Positions 38,220 through 48,592 of a stretch of 64,000 nt of DNA are shown piece after piece. The notes beneath the pieces are model-generated. The model was not told the DNA's origin and ran no database searches. It was given only the letters and a program-made list of their open reading frames with translations. The stretch spans positions 1,033-65,032 of the forward strand of contig JBGMQU010000002.1 in assembly GCA_048060725.1 (NCBI GenBank). Direction: 5' to 3'. The translations under genes were made by a program, and so were the position numbers. Source of the DNA: Gemmatimonadota bacterium (GTDB lineage Bacteria; Gemmatimonadota; Gemmatimonadetes; Palauibacterales; Palauibacteraceae). The first letter of the stretch is position 1, and each line of letters begins with the position of its first letter.

Positions 38220-38287
38220 GGCGCCGCGATCCGGGCGAAACGCAAGAATGGTCGGGTATGCGGCCTCAGTTTTCGGAGGGAGAAGCG

Positions 38288-38647
38288 ATGACGAAGGCGG
38301 ATTTGGTCGAAGAGGTCTGCGAGGCGATCGGGCCCGGCGTAACGAAGAAAGACTGCGCCGCGGTGGTCGACGCGTTCCTCAACGCGATCAAGCGGGCGGT
38401 GTCCGATGGGCGGCACATTGAGATCCGCGGTTTTGGAACGTTCAAGGTGCGTCAGCGGCGCACCCGCATGGCTCGGAACCCGAGGACGGGTGAGCCGGTG
38501 AGCGTACCGGCCAGGGCGGTACCGGTGTTCAAGCCATCGAGGCTGTTCAAGGAAGAGGTCGGCGAGAGCCATGAGCGCCAGAAGGAGGCTCCGCCGCAGC
38601 CGTCGTTCCCTCAGGGGCTCGGTAGCAACTGGTCAGGGGCTCGGTAG
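38288..38647 (+). CDS. Integration host factor subunit / HU-family DNA-binding protein with a C-terminal extension
   Basis: The start was reassigned to the ATG at 38288, which is preceded by GGAGGGAGAAG. MTKADLVEEV ... IEIRGFGTFKVRQRRTRMARNPRTGEPVSVPARAVPVFKPS is the IHF/HU fold signature. Confidence 0.8.
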   Translation: MTKADLVEEVCEAIGPGVTKKDCAAVVDAFLNAIKRAVSDGRHIEIRGFGTFKVRQRRTRMARNPRTGEPVSVPARAVPVFKPSRLFKEEVGESHERQKEAPPQPSFPQGLGSNWSGAR

Positions 38648-38654
38648 CAACTGG
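38611..38654 (+). repeat. Perfect 22-bp tandem direct duplication (2 copies) covering the IHF gene stop codon
   Basis: TCAGGGGCTCGGTAGCAACTGG occurs at 38611-38632 and again at 38633-38654. Confidence 0.85.
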
Positions 38655-38762
38655 TCGTAGAGCGGCGATAGTCGGCGTGTCTGATCTGGAGCTCTGGAGC
38701 GCGCGGGCGTTCTGGAGCTTCGTCAGATCTGTATGCCACCCGAACTGCGTCGCGCCGACCGT

Positions 38763-39929
38763 TCACGACCCGAAAAACTCTCCGATTCGTCGAATGCCTT
38801 CGGCGAGTGTCTCGCGTTCCACTGCAAAATTGAAACGCAGGTAACCGGGCGATCCGAACGGTTCGCCCGGTACGCAGGCCACGGCGTGGTCTCGCAACAG
38901 CTCTTGCGCGGCCTCCATCGAGGTCCTCGAGTCATCGACGAGTTTCGCGTAGAAGTAGATCGATCCGTCTGGCGGCCGCACCTCCAGCTCTTCGATCAGC
39001 CGTAAACCAGCCAGCCCTTCCTTGCGCCGGATCCGCAGCTTTTCGAGCAGATCGGCGATGAACGCCTCTCGTGCTTCCGTCATCCCCAGGGTCGCGACAG
39101 CCGCTTCCTGTGACGGACCCACGGCGCCCGATGTCGTCTGGCCCTGAAGGTCGGAGGCCTTCCTGATGAGTTCCTCGGGGCCGACGGCGTAGCCGATTCT
39201 CAATCCGGGCATGCAGAATGCCTTCGACATGCCGTCGAGTAGCACGACTCTCTCCGGCACCTGGTCGACATCGTACACGGACGGGACCTCTTCGACATAG
39301 CCGAGCCGCCGATAGATCTCATCGGAAAGGATCCAGATTCCGTGGCGATCGGCCCACTCGAGAATCGCGGTGAGCGCAGTCGCGTCGTAGACCGCGCCGG
39401 TAGGGTTGCCAGGGCTGTTGAGGAACAGGCCTCGCGTGCGATCCGTGCGTGCCGCCTCCAACCGATCGACGTCGGCCACGAAGCCCTCCTCCCACGTCGT
39501 GTCGACGATGGTCGGTGTCGCCCGGGCCAGCCCCACGATCGCAGTGTAGCTTGGCCAGAACGGCGCCGGTATCAAGACCTCGTCTCCGGGACCGAACAGC
39601 ACGAACGAGCAGTTGAAGAGAGCCTGCTTGACCCCCGCTCCGACGATGACGGTGGCCGGATCGATGGGGCCGTGGGAGGTGGTGTCCTCGAGATATCGCG
39701 AGATGGCTTCACGAAGTTTGGGCAGACCTGGTGTGGGCGGGTACCCTGTCCTGCCCGCGGCGATGGCCTCCATGGCCGCGCGGGCCGCGAAGTCCGGGGC
39801 AGGGAACTTTGGCTCGCCGGCAGAAAGGTCGATGATGGGCACACCATCAGCCTTCAGCTGGCGGGCTCGGGCGGCCAGGGCGAGCGTGGCAGACGGTTCG
39901 AGTTGAGCGACGTTGGTTGAGAACTGCAC
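38763..39929 (-). CDS. Pyridoxal-phosphate-dependent aminotransferase, class I (aspartate/aromatic aminotransferase-like)
   Basis: Fold-type I markers: SAGEP, NSPGNPTG and the PLP-Lys region LDGMSKAFCMPGLRIGY. Confidence 0.85.
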   Translation of the reverse strand: MQFSTNVAQLEPSATLALAARARQLKADGVPIIDLSAGEPKFPAPDFAARAAMEAIAAGRTGYPPTPGLPKLREAISRYLEDTTSHGPIDPATVIVGAGVKQALFNCSFVLFGPGDEVLIPAPFWPSYTAIVGLARATPTIVDTTWEEGFVADVDRLEAARTDRTRGLFLNSPGNPTGAVYDATALTAILEWADRHGIWILSDEIYRRLGYVEEVPSVYDVDQVPERVVLLDGMSKAFCMPGLRIGYAVGPEELIRKASDLQGQTTSGAVGPSQEAAVATLGMTEAREAFIADLLEKLRIRRKEGLAGLRLIEELEVRPPDGSIYFYAKLVDDSRTSMEAAQELLRDHAVACVPGEPFGSPGYLRFNFAVERETLAEGIRRIGEFFGS

Positions 39930-40043
39930 GCGAGTCGGTCCGGTTTCATTTGTAGGAAGCTCGGCGAGCCTCTATTTTGGGGTTGCCGAATCGGGCGGAA
40001 ACTACCCGCACCCACGAACCTCGACCACCCTGAGTGAGACTCG

Positions 40044-40313
40044 ATGACGACGGAAACCACGCTCTCGATCACGCCGGGCGCCACCCTCGCGGCGGCCCGT
40101 GAGTTTTTCATCGGGGCCACGAGGATGGCCGACGCGTGGATCGAGTCCGAGAGCGTCTCGCACGTTTCGTTCTGCACATTCAGGGGAAACGTGTCGATCG
40201 CGGCGGTTGCCGACCCGGACGACGCTTCCACGACGAGAGTCCGGGTCACGACCCTGCGCGAAGAAGGTCTGGTGCCACGGCTCATCACGTATCTGAATCT
40301 TCAGGCGGTGTGA
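40044..40313 (+). CDS. Hypothetical protein (89 aa)
   Basis: ORF directly upstream of, and 2 nt from, moaD. No recognisable motif. Confidence 0.35.
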   Translation: MTTETTLSITPGATLAAAREFFIGATRMADAWIESESVSHVSFCTFRGNVSIAAVADPDDASTTRVRVTTLREEGLVPRLITYLNLQAV

Positions 40314-40315
40314 TC

Positions 40316-40564
40316 GTGTCGGATACGATACGGGTCCAGACCCTGTTTTTCGGGATCTACGGCGAGTTGGCCGGCGATCGCGACGGAACCGCGGAGCTGC
40401 CCGCGGGAGGTACGGTGTCGGATCTCATCGACGTCCTGAGACGGAGTCTCGACTGGATTCCCGAACGGGTAGTAGTGGCGGTCAACCAGAGCTACGCGGA
40501 GGCGGCCACGTTGCTACGCGACGGAGACGAGGTCGCGCTGATTCCCCCGGTCGCGGGCGGCTGA
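40316..40564 (+). CDS. moaD: Molybdopterin synthase sulfur-carrier subunit (MoaD/ThiS fold, C-terminal GG)
   Basis: GTG start at 40316. VQTLFFGIYGELAG ... ends PPVAGG immediately before the stop. Confidence 0.7.
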   Translation: MSDTIRVQTLFFGIYGELAGDRDGTAELPAGGTVSDLIDVLRRSLDWIPERVVVAVNQSYAEAATLLRDGDEVALIPPVAGG

Positions 40565-40571
40565 GGGCCTC

Positions 40572-41045
40572 GTGATCGAGACTGCCGTGACGTCCGAGTC
40601 GCTCGATCGGCTCGAGTCGTTCGACGACCTGTCCTCGCATTCCGATGGGGCCGTGCTGATCTTTCAGGGGCGGGTTCGCGAGACGAACGATGGGCGCGCG
40701 GTGACGGGACTTTCGTATCAGGCCTATGGCGAGATGGCCGAGAAGGAACTTCGGTCGATCTGCGAAGAGGCCGCGGAGAGATACTCGATCGGAGCCCTGC
40801 GCGCGATCCACCGCGTGGGGGAACTCGCGCTCGGCGAGGTGTCCGTCGTGATCGGTGTGGCCGCACCGCACCGCGCCGATTGTTACGAAGCCTCGCGCTT
40901 CGTGATCGAGGAGTTGAAGGTGCGTCTGCCCGTGTGGAAGCACGAGCGATATGTCGATGGGGATGCGGCCTGGGTCGGCACCGATCTCGCAGTCGAATCC
41001 CATGGTCAGGCCACGACCGGGGACCGGAAGGGGATGTCGGAGTGA
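40572..41045 (+). CDS. moaE: Molybdopterin synthase catalytic subunit
   Basis: GAVLIFQGRVRE ... AIHRVGELALGEVSVVIGVAAPHR ... RLPVWKHE are MoaE motifs. Confidence 0.8.
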   Translation: MIETAVTSESLDRLESFDDLSSHSDGAVLIFQGRVRETNDGRAVTGLSYQAYGEMAEKELRSICEEAAERYSIGALRAIHRVGELALGEVSVVIGVAAPHRADCYEASRFVIEELKVRLPVWKHERYVDGDAAWVGTDLAVESHGQATTGDRKGMSE

Positions 41046-41159
41046 GGGACCAGTTCGGAAACCGGAGCCCTGCTCAGCGCGTTAGACGAGGGTGTGACCT
41101 CGTGGCTCCCGCCAGAGTCTGACTGACGGTCATCGGGTGAGGGAAAGGAGAGGACCAGC

Positions 41160-41399
41160 ATGACGTACGAAGATCGGATGAGGCACCGCGATCTCGTGGA
41201 GCGGTCTGCCGCACTTGTCGAACAGCTCGGCGAAGGCGACGAGTGGGCTTCGGTCACGCGCGGGGAAGCGCGCGAACTGGCCGCTCTGATACAGGAACTC
41301 ATCGGGGAACTCAGCCCCGAGCGTTGGGACCACGTGATGGAGGCGGTCGTCAACGAGGCGGCTCGCCGAGCGGGCTCCCTTCAGCCGGCGAGTCAGTAG
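41160..41399 (+). CDS. Hypothetical small helical protein (79 aa)
   Basis: Strong SD GAAAGGAGAGGA upstream of the ATG. No recognisable motif. Confidence 0.4.
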   Translation: MTYEDRMRHRDLVERSAALVEQLGEGDEWASVTRGEARELAALIQELIGELSPERWDHVMEAVVNEAARRAGSLQPASQ

Positions 41400-41451
41400 G
41401 CCTGGGCATCGGCGTCCTGGGTCGGCCTCCGAGCCGAGGAGGATCCGATGT

Positions 41452-42801
41452 TCAGGTGATCGGCACCTCGGACTCGTGAAGAGGGCGTTCGATCGCCACA
41501 TCCGGCGTTCCGTCGAGTGAAACCACTCGGGGTTCGATCGGCTTCCAGTTCTCGTTCCAGAGAACCTCGATCGTCGGCCGCATCAGGTTGTCCGGGTTTG
41601 TCGCGACGACCCGACCGATGGCCCCGGACGACAGCTTGACGTAGGAGTCGAGCGGGAACACGGAGATTTCGTCCGCCAGCGCATCTACGATCTCGTCATC
41701 GAAGACCGTGCCGCGCATCTGCATCACGCGCTCCAGCGCCTCGAAGGCGGTGAACGGCGAGCGATACGCCCGCGAGTGCGAGAACGCCTCGAACACGTCC
41801 GCCACACCGAGGATCTTCGCTACGCCGTCGATCTCGTCTCCGGTAAGCTGCTCCGGGTACCCGGAACCGTCGATGCGCTCGTGCTCCTGCCGGATGGCGC
41901 GCTGTAGCCACCGGTAGTCGGTGCCGAGCCGGGAAACGATCTCCGCACCCAGCAGCGGGTGCTGCTGCATGACCGTGCGCTCTTCGTCGGACAACTCGCC
42001 TTCCCTGAACAGGATCGATTCGGGGAGGCGGGCCATCCCGACATCGTGGACGAGACCCGCCTGGATCACCTGAAGCGTGTCCGCCAGGGACATGTCCCTG
42101 CTCATCGCGATCTTCGCCGCGAAGATCGCCACGTTCGTACAGTGCGTCGGAATCTCGAAGCGCTTGTACGGTTCGAGTGCTCGGTTGAGCAGCAGGTTGC
42201 TCTGCAGCATCGACGTATGAACCCGCTCGGCCACCATCCGTGCCCGAGCCATATCGGGCTCCTGGCCCGCGCGTGCGCCCACGAAACACTCCCGGGCGAA
42301 TCCGACCGCCTCCGCGTAGAGCGGTCGCGCGGAGAAGCGTGCCGGCCGGCGGACATGGACCGCGGGCTGTCGCTCGTCCGGCCGCGCCATGACCGACGGA
42401 TCCTCGATCAACGATCGGCAGAGGGCCGTCAGAGTCTCCGCACGGAATGGCCGGGCGATGAAGTGCGCGAACGCGGGCTCGCGGTCGAGTGCGACGGTGG
42501 ACGTGTGCCCGGGCGCGAGGATCGTAATGAACGCGGGGACCGCACCGAATTCACGATCGCGGGCGGCTTCGGCGACTCCGGCGAACACCAGTCGTGGATC
42601 CGCTACCTGGTCGTCGCAGATCACGATGTCGACGTCCGTCGATCGGACCGCCTCGACGATCGAAAACACATCGGCGGCGAGTTGAGCCTGAGGATCGACC
42701 CGGGCGAGCGCCTCACGAACGGGCTCGGCGTGCTCGGTCCTCGCGGACAGCAGGGCGATGATTCGCCGGTCGCTTCGCGTCGCAGACCCCTTGTGCGCCA
42801 T
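41452..42801 (-). CDS. HD-GYP domain phosphodiesterase with an N-terminal pseudo-receiver (degenerate REC) domain
   Basis: Canonical HD-GYP motifs: HCTNVA, LVHDVGM, QHPLLG, HERIDGSGYP, VADVFEAFSHSRAYR. The N-terminal REC-like fold (IVICDD) lacks the acidic pocket. Confidence 0.8.
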   Translation of the reverse strand: MAHKGSATRSDRRIIALLSARTEHAEPVREALARVDPQAQLAADVFSIVEAVRSTDVDIVICDDQVADPRLVFAGVAEAARDREFGAVPAFITILAPGHTSTVALDREPAFAHFIARPFRAETLTALCRSLIEDPSVMARPDERQPAVHVRRPARFSARPLYAEAVGFARECFVGARAGQEPDMARARMVAERVHTSMLQSNLLLNRALEPYKRFEIPTHCTNVAIFAAKIAMSRDMSLADTLQVIQAGLVHDVGMARLPESILFREGELSDEERTVMQQHPLLGAEIVSRLGTDYRWLQRAIRQEHERIDGSGYPEQLTGDEIDGVAKILGVADVFEAFSHSRAYRSPFTAFEALERVMQMRGTVFDDEIVDALADEISVFPLDSYVKLSSGAIGRVVATNPDNLMRPTIEVLWNENWKPIEPRVVSLDGTPDVAIERPLHESEVPIT

Positions 42802-42982
42802 GAATCGGTGTCCCCTTTTTCAGTCGCGAACGGCCTCAGAAATGGCGTTCCGCCATGACGATACGTCCGTTCACCACCCGTGATCGTGATCCGGTGGAGG
42901 CCGGAAATGCCCATCGGGCCCACGAAATCGCGCAACATCCGTATTCATGGGTGGATACGTCCCGATTCGACGTGAGAAAACA

Positions 42983-43354
42983 ATGCACAGAGTGTTCCTC
43001 GGCGCAGGAGCGGTCCTGGGCTTCCTGGCGGTGGCTGCGGGCGCGTTCGGCGCGCACGGGTTGAAGGGAAGCCTTCCCCCGGCACGTCTCGAGACGTTCG
43101 AGACGGCGGCACGCTACCAGATGTATCACGCGTTGGCGCTGGTTCTTCTCGGGCTCGCGGCGGCACGCTGGCCCGTGAAGGCGTGGGCGGGTCCCGGGCT
43201 CGCGTTCGTCGCCGGGACGATCGTGTTCTCCGGGAGCCTCTATCTCCTGGCGGTCACCGGGATGGGTTGGCTCGGCGCGGTCGCCCCGGTCGGCGGGGTC
43301 AGCCTGTTGGCGGGGTGGCTCTGGATGACCGTGATCTTCCTTCGCGACACCTGA
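42983..43354 (+). CDS. DUF423 (YgdD/TMEM256-like) small membrane protein
   Basis: The start was set to the ATG at 42983. Four TM segments with the GAFGAHGL ... YQMYHALAL signature of DUF423. Confidence 0.7.
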   Translation: MHRVFLGAGAVLGFLAVAAGAFGAHGLKGSLPPARLETFETAARYQMYHALALVLLGLAAARWPVKAWAGPGLAFVAGTIVFSGSLYLLAVTGMGWLGAVAPVGGVSLLAGWLWMTVIFLRDT

Positions 43355-43378
43355 GAGCGTCGCGAGGAAGCTGGTGCG

Positions 43379-43936
43379 TCACAGTTTCGCGGTCGTCACC
43401 CCGGTCTGTCCCTGATACTTCCCCTTCTTGTCGGCGTAGCTGATTTCACACATTTCGTCTGATTCAAAGAACAGAACCTGAGAGATGCCCTCGTTCGCGT
43501 AGACCTTGGCGGGCAATGGGGTCGTGTTGGAGATCTCGAGCGTAACGAAGCCCTCCCACTCGGGCTCGAACGGGGTGACGTTGACGATCAGCCCGCACCG
43601 GGCATACGTCGACTTCCCGACACAGATCGTGAGGACGCTGCGCGGAATCCGGAAGTATTCGACCGATCGGGCGAGCGCGAACGAGTTCGGGGGGATGATG
43701 CAGGAATCCCCCTGAAACTCGAGGAACGAGCGCTCGTCGAAATTCTTCGGGTCGACGACGGGTGAGAGGGCACTGTGGAAGATCCGAAACTCGTCGGCCA
43801 CCCGCATGTCGTATCCGTAGCTGCTCACACCATACGAGATGACGCCATCTCGGACCTGTCGGTCCGCGAAAGGCTCGATCATCCCTTCCTGTTCTGCCAT
43901 CCGCCGAATCCACCCGTCGCTCTTGATTGCCATCAT
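43379..43936 (-). CDS. dcd: dCTP deaminase
   Basis: [10 protein letters not shown] ... GYDMRV ... KSTYARCGL ... EGISQVLFF motifs. Confidence 0.9.
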   Translation of the reverse strand: MMAIKSDGWIRRMAEQEGMIEPFADRQVRDGVISYGVSSYGYDMRVADEFRIFHSALSPVVDPKNFDERSFLEFQGDSCIIPPNSFALARSVEYFRIPRSVLTICVGKSTYARCGLIVNVTPFEPEWEGFVTLEISNTTPLPAKVYANEGISQVLFFESDEMCEISYADKKGKYQGQTGVTTAKL

Positions 43937-43983
43937 TCCTCGTAAGTCGAGTACGTTTGTGTAGAAGGCTGTCGAACAGCCTT

Positions 43984-44880
43984 CTACTCCGGCCGCGATC
44001 GGCCGCGATCCCCTCCCATGACATTCAGCCCCGAGTCCTCCAGAATCCGCTCCAGCTCTCCGGCCAACAGGTCCGGGTACTGCTCGGGCAGCACGTGCCC
44101 GCCATCCGGCACGACCGTGAATTCGGCGCCGAGCTCATCCGCGAGTCGCTCCGCGCTTTTCTCAGTGATCCTCGGGTCGAACGCGCCGGCGACAACCCGG
44201 ATGATACGCCCTTCCACCCGGAGATCTCCCATCTCCGTGGGTCGCCAGTCGCGCAGGAGCGCCATCAACGTCTCGGCGCGACGCCGATCCTCATACGGCC
44301 TGGCGTACGCGGCCACGGTGTCGGCGGGAACCCTGAACCGGGGTCCTGCCGCTCGTCGAAGAATCGCGTTCGCGAGGGGTCCTCTGAGGGGCGAGAAGAT
44401 GTCTGCCGCGATTCGTCGTATCAAGCCCGACTCGAGGGCGCCCAGCACGACCGGCCGTTTCGTCCAGGGCGTGACCGGATTCGAGAGCAAGAGACCCCTG
44501 ACCGCCGGCTGCTCTCGGGCCACTGCGATCGCGATCGCGGCGCCCTGTGAATGACCGGCGATCACGGTCGGGAACCCCGGATCCCCTCCGGTCGCCGACC
44601 CGCGGAGCGCTTCGACCAGTTCGTGGACCCGGCGAGACTCGTCGTCCATTCGGTACGGCAGGTCGGGTCGCGGTGTCGATTCGCCGCGCCCCAGAAGGTC
44701 CGGGATCCAGAATGTCGCCTGTGCGGCCAGGCGTCGGGCCACCCTCATCCACGAACGCCCGTGCGCGCTCACGCCGTGCAGGCAGAGGATCGTCGGGCCC
44801 GAACCGAGGATGCGGACGCGTATCGCACCGTCGGGGGTATCCACGAGGTGCTCCTGAGTCGTACGATCGAGGTCCGTCAT
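43984..44880 (-). CDS. Alpha/beta-fold hydrolase
   Basis: The start was reassigned to the ATG at 44878-44880 (MTDLDRTT). HG box [10 protein letters not shown], nucleophile elbow GHSQG and a C-terminal His (DGGHV). It lies upstream of dcd on the same strand. Confidence 0.7.
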   Translation of the reverse strand: MTDLDRTTQEHLVDTPDGAIRVRILGSGPTILCLHGVSAHGRSWMRVARRLAAQATFWIPDLLGRGESTPRPDLPYRMDDESRRVHELVEALRGSATGGDPGFPTVIAGHSQGAAIAIAVAREQPAVRGLLLSNPVTPWTKRPVVLGALESGLIRRIAADIFSPLRGPLANAILRRAAGPRFRVPADTVAAYARPYEDRRRAETLMALLRDWRPTEMGDLRVEGRIIRVVAGAFDPRITEKSAERLADELGAEFTVVPDGGHVLPEQYPDLLAGELERILEDSGLNVMGGDRGRSRPE

Positions 44881-45045
44881 CTCCGATCCGTTCACCGACG
44901 CGAAGGTTCTGGATCGGCGTCGCTGACGCAACCGTGTGGCGGTTCGTGACGCGCCCGGTTTTTCTTGCCGCGCCCGTTGCCCGACGATAGCTTCGCGGCG
45001 CGGAAAAGTGAAGGATTTCACAAGCTCGCAAAGGACTCCGGCCCC

Positions 45046-45402
45046 GTGCTCGGTCCCTATTTAGGTATCCTGATCCTGGTCCTGCTCGGCGTGCTCAACG
45101 CGGCGGGAATGATGGCGGTATCGCACCTGCTCGGTTCCAACCGGCCGACCGCTATCAAGGCGAGCCCGTACGAGTCGGGGATCACGCCTCTGGGGAGCAC
45201 GCGCGAGCGCTTTTCGGTCAACTTCTATCTTGTCGCGATGTTGTTCATCGTGCTCGATATCGAGACCCTGTTCCTGATCCCGTGGGCGGCGATCTTCCGC
45301 GAGCTCGGGTTCACTGGACTCATCGAAGTGACCGTGTTTCTGGCCATGCTCGGTGTCGGGCTGATCTATGCCTGGCGTCGCGGAGCCCTGGAGTGGGATT
45401 GA
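45046..45402 (+). CDS. nuoA: NADH-quinone oxidoreductase subunit A
   Basis: GTG at 45046 gives a 118-aa product with three TM segments and the PYESGI / [14 protein letters not shown] motifs. Confidence 0.8.
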   Translation: MLGPYLGILILVLLGVLNAAGMMAVSHLLGSNRPTAIKASPYESGITPLGSTRERFSVNFYLVAMLFIVLDIETLFLIPWAAIFRELGFTGLIEVTVFLAMLGVGLIYAWRRGALEWD

Positions 45403-45418
45403 GGAAGGCTGGAGGAGG

Positions 45419-46114
45419 ATGAAGAAGCTCGACACGCTTCCACCGGAATTTGACGCCGAGCACCTCGACACGGGCATCCCGCGCAACTGGATGACGACGC
45501 GGCTCGACTACGTCGTGAACTGGGCGCGCCGGAACTCGTTGTGGCCGATGCCCTTCGGTACGGCATGCTGCGCGATCGAGATGATGGCTTCTGCCGCCAC
45601 GAAGTACGACATCGGGCGGTTCGGGATGGAGCGCATGTCGTTCACCCCCCGGCAGGCGGACCTCATGATCGTTGCCGGCCGGGTGACCTACAAGCTGGCG
45701 CCGGTCCTCCGCCGGATCTGGGACCAGATGCCGCAGCCGAAGTGGTGCGTGTCGATGGGGGCCTGCGCGAGTTCCGGCGGGATGTTCGACAACTACACGA
45801 TCGTGCAGGGCATCGACACCATCGTGCCCGTCGATGTGTACGTGCCCGGCTGTCCCCCCCGGCCGGAAGGGCTCATCTACGGACTCCTCATGATCCAGGA
45901 AAAGATCAAGGGGGAATCCATCCTCAATACCGCACCACGCGATGAGACGGACGAGGGCGTCGGACGGCCCAACCTGCCTCCGGAGACGATCGAGCTCGTG
46001 GCGCAGCCCTTCGGAAACTCGACCTCGCAGAACCGGGTGAGCGGTCTCGCGCCCACTTCGGCGCTCGCGCGTCCGCGCGACCGCCGCGAGCGTCGTATCG
46101 AGCACGAGGATTGA
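45419..46114 (+). CDS. nuoB: NADH-quinone oxidoreductase subunit B (with a ~60-aa C-terminal extension)
   Basis: CCAIEMM ... GACASSGG ... PGCPP N2-cluster ligands. Confidence 0.9.
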   Translation: MKKLDTLPPEFDAEHLDTGIPRNWMTTRLDYVVNWARRNSLWPMPFGTACCAIEMMASAATKYDIGRFGMERMSFTPRQADLMIVAGRVTYKLAPVLRRIWDQMPQPKWCVSMGACASSGGMFDNYTIVQGIDTIVPVDVYVPGCPPRPEGLIYGLLMIQEKIKGESILNTAPRDETDEGVGRPNLPPETIELVAQPFGNSTSQNRVSGLAPTSALARPRDRRERRIEHED

Positions 46115-46124
46115 TGGGCGCCTC

Positions 46125-48038
46125 GTGACGACCATGGCCACGCCGATCGGCGAGATGATCCATGCGGCGAAGCCCCCCGCGTCCGGTGTCGAGACGCACG
46201 ACTCCGTGGTGGCGCTTCGGGCGCGTTTCGAGTCGGACATCCGGCGGGTCTCTTCCGACGCCACGGGATATCCGGTGGTGTGGATCGATCCCGCGGCCAA
46301 TGTCGACATTCTGACGTTTCTCCGGGAGGACGCGGGTCAGAACTACGACATGCTGGCCGATCTCATGGGCGCGCACGAAGGCCTGGGGATGCCGATCCAG
46401 GTCTGGTATCAACTCTGGTCGATGACCCATGGCCGTCAGCTGCGGATCGCCTGCGAGGTGCCGCTCGACCGTCTGGAGCTCGACACCGTCACGCAGGTGT
46501 GGCACGCGGCGAACTGGCTCGAACGGGAAGCTTGGGACATGTACGGCGTGACGTTCACCGGGCACCCGAACCTTCGCCGCATCCTGATGCCGGAAAACTA
46601 CGAAGAAGGATTCCCGCTCAGGAAGGACTTCCCGCTCCGTGGCCGCTTCAGCCGGTCCGAACAGGTACGGCGCGCGCTTTCGCGAAGCCTCGAGGATGTC
46701 TACGCGATCGAAGAACTCGAGATGGTCGGCATGGAGACGTCCCGGATCTCGAATAGCGAACCGGCGGAGGACGAGCGGGACGACGGGTCCACGGCATCGA
46801 CGGGCGCATCATGGCCTCCGATTCGGGATCTCGACCCGTCGGAGAAGCTCGAGAATTTGGCGAACGAGCTCGAAGGCGCGCCGATGCTCCTGAATATGGG
46901 TCCGCAGCATCCGGCAACCCACGGCGTGCTTCGCCTGTTGCTCCAGCTCGACGGTGAACGGGTCATGCGGTGCATGCCGCACATCGGGTATCTGCACACG
47001 GGATTCGAGAAGACCTGCGAATTCCGCGAGTGGAACCAGGTGGTTCCGTACACCGACCGGATGGACTACCTGGCGCCGATGCTCTACAACATCGGCTATG
47101 CGGGAGCCGTGGAGAGTCTTCTCGATGTCGAGATCACCGACCGGTGTCGTGTCGTCCGCGTCATCCTGGGCGAGTTGAACCGGCTACTTGGCCATCTGCT
47201 CTGGCTCGGGACCACGGCCATCGACATGGGGGCTTTCTCCGTATTCTTGTATACGTTCCAGGAGCGGGAACGGATCTACAATCTCCACGAAGCCTACACC
47301 GGCGGACGGATCACCACGTCGGTCACTCGCGTCGGCGGGATGCTGGCGGATCTCCCGGTCGGCTGGGTGGAGGCGGCGCGCGATTTTATCGACACGTTTC
47401 CCGACACGATCGACGAGGTCGAACGCCTGCTCTCACGCAACGCGATCTGGCAGGCGCGACTCGTGGATATCGGCACGCTCGATCCGGTCGACGCCGTCAG
47501 CTACGGGCTCACCGGCCCCAACCTGCGCGCCAGCGGTGTCGCGTACGACGTGCGAAAGGCGAGACCGTATCTCGGGTATGACGAGTACGATTTCGATGTC
47601 CCCGTCGGCTCCCGTGGAGACGTGTACGATCGCTATCTCGTCCGTATGGAAGAGATGCGACAGAGCGTCCGGATCGTCGACCAGGCCCTCGATCGTTTGC
47701 CCGACGGCCCCATCAACATCGACGACTACCAGGTCGTGCTTCCCCCCAAGAACGAAGCGATGGGGTCGATCGACACCATGATTGCGCACTTCAAGCTCGT
47801 GATGGAGGGGATCAGGGTTCCGGCGGGTGAGACCTGGTATTCCATCGAGAGTTCGAAAGGGGAGTTGGGGTTCGGCGTGATCTCCGATGGAGGGACGAAG
47901 CCGGTTCGTTGCCGGTTCCGCGGTCCGAGCTTCATCAATATCGCGGTCCTCCCGCTGCTCGTTGAGGACGAGTTGATCGCGGACCTCATCGCGATCAATT
48001 CGTCGCTGGATGTCGTGCTCGGGGAGATCGACCGATGA
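46125..48038 (+). CDS. nuoCD: Fused NADH-quinone oxidoreductase subunits C and D (NuoCD)
   Basis: The 30-kDa domain ([13 protein letters not shown]) and the 49-kDa domain ([14 protein letters not shown] ... ends ..LGEIDR) lie in one continuous frame, joined by an acidic linker. Confidence 0.85.
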   Translation: MTTMATPIGEMIHAAKPPASGVETHDSVVALRARFESDIRRVSSDATGYPVVWIDPAANVDILTFLREDAGQNYDMLADLMGAHEGLGMPIQVWYQLWSMTHGRQLRIACEVPLDRLELDTVTQVWHAANWLEREAWDMYGVTFTGHPNLRRILMPENYEEGFPLRKDFPLRGRFSRSEQVRRALSRSLEDVYAIEELEMVGMETSRISNSEPAEDERDDGSTASTGASWPPIRDLDPSEKLENLANELEGAPMLLNMGPQHPATHGVLRLLLQLDGERVMRCMPHIGYLHTGFEKTCEFREWNQVVPYTDRMDYLAPMLYNIGYAGAVESLLDVEITDRCRVVRVILGELNRLLGHLLWLGTTAIDMGAFSVFLYTFQERERIYNLHEAYTGGRITTSVTRVGGMLADLPVGWVEAARDFIDTFPDTIDEVERLLSRNAIWQARLVDIGTLDPVDAVSYGLTGPNLRASGVAYDVRKARPYLGYDEYDFDVPVGSRGDVYDRYLVRMEEMRQSVRIVDQALDRLPDGPINIDDYQVVLPPKNEAMGSIDTMIAHFKLVMEGIRVPAGETWYSIESSKGELGFGVISDGGTKPVRCRFRGPSFINIAVLPLLVEDELIADLIAINSSLDVVLGEIDR

Positions 48039-48592
48039 GCCGGAAGATCCACCCGTCGGTTGTCGGCGCCCAGCCGTTCCAGGTCGCGACTCGCGAAGGG
48101 CTGACGAGCCCGATGTTCGAGGCCGGGGAAGGACTCGAGCGCCTCGAGATGGCGCTTTCGCGATACCCGACGAAACAGGCGGCCTTGCTACCGCTTCTCC
48201 ATTTCGTCCAGGAGAAGAAGGGGTGGGTGTCCCCGTCCGATATGGAGGAGGTGGCCGAGGCTCTCGAACTGACGCCGGCGTACGTTCACTCGATCGCCAC
48301 GTTCTACACGATGTACAACAAGCATCCCGTGGGACGGTACCTGGTCCAGGTCTGTACGAACATCTCGTGCCACCTGAACAGGGGGGAGGAAGTCCTCGAA
48401 CGGTTTCTGGAGGAAGTCGGAACCCGCCAGGGCGAAATGTCCGAGGACGGATTGTTCACGGTCATCGAGGCCGAATGCCTCGGGGCCTGCGGTTTCGCGA
48501 CTGCGGTCCAGGTGAACAACGAGTACTTCGAGAGCGTCTCCCCGGAGACGGTCGCCGGGGTGGTCACCGAGCTGAGGGGACGCGACATATGA
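48035..48592 (+). CDS. nuoE: NADH-quinone oxidoreductase subunit E
   Basis: 2Fe-2S motifs CTNISCHL ... CLGACGFA. Confidence 0.9.
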   Translation: MSRKIHPSVVGAQPFQVATREGLTSPMFEAGEGLERLEMALSRYPTKQAALLPLLHFVQEKKGWVSPSDMEEVAEALELTPAYVHSIATFYTMYNKHPVGRYLVQVCTNISCHLNRGEEVLERFLEEVGTRQGEMSEDGLFTVIEAECLGACGFATAVQVNNEYFESVSPETVAGVVTELRGRDI

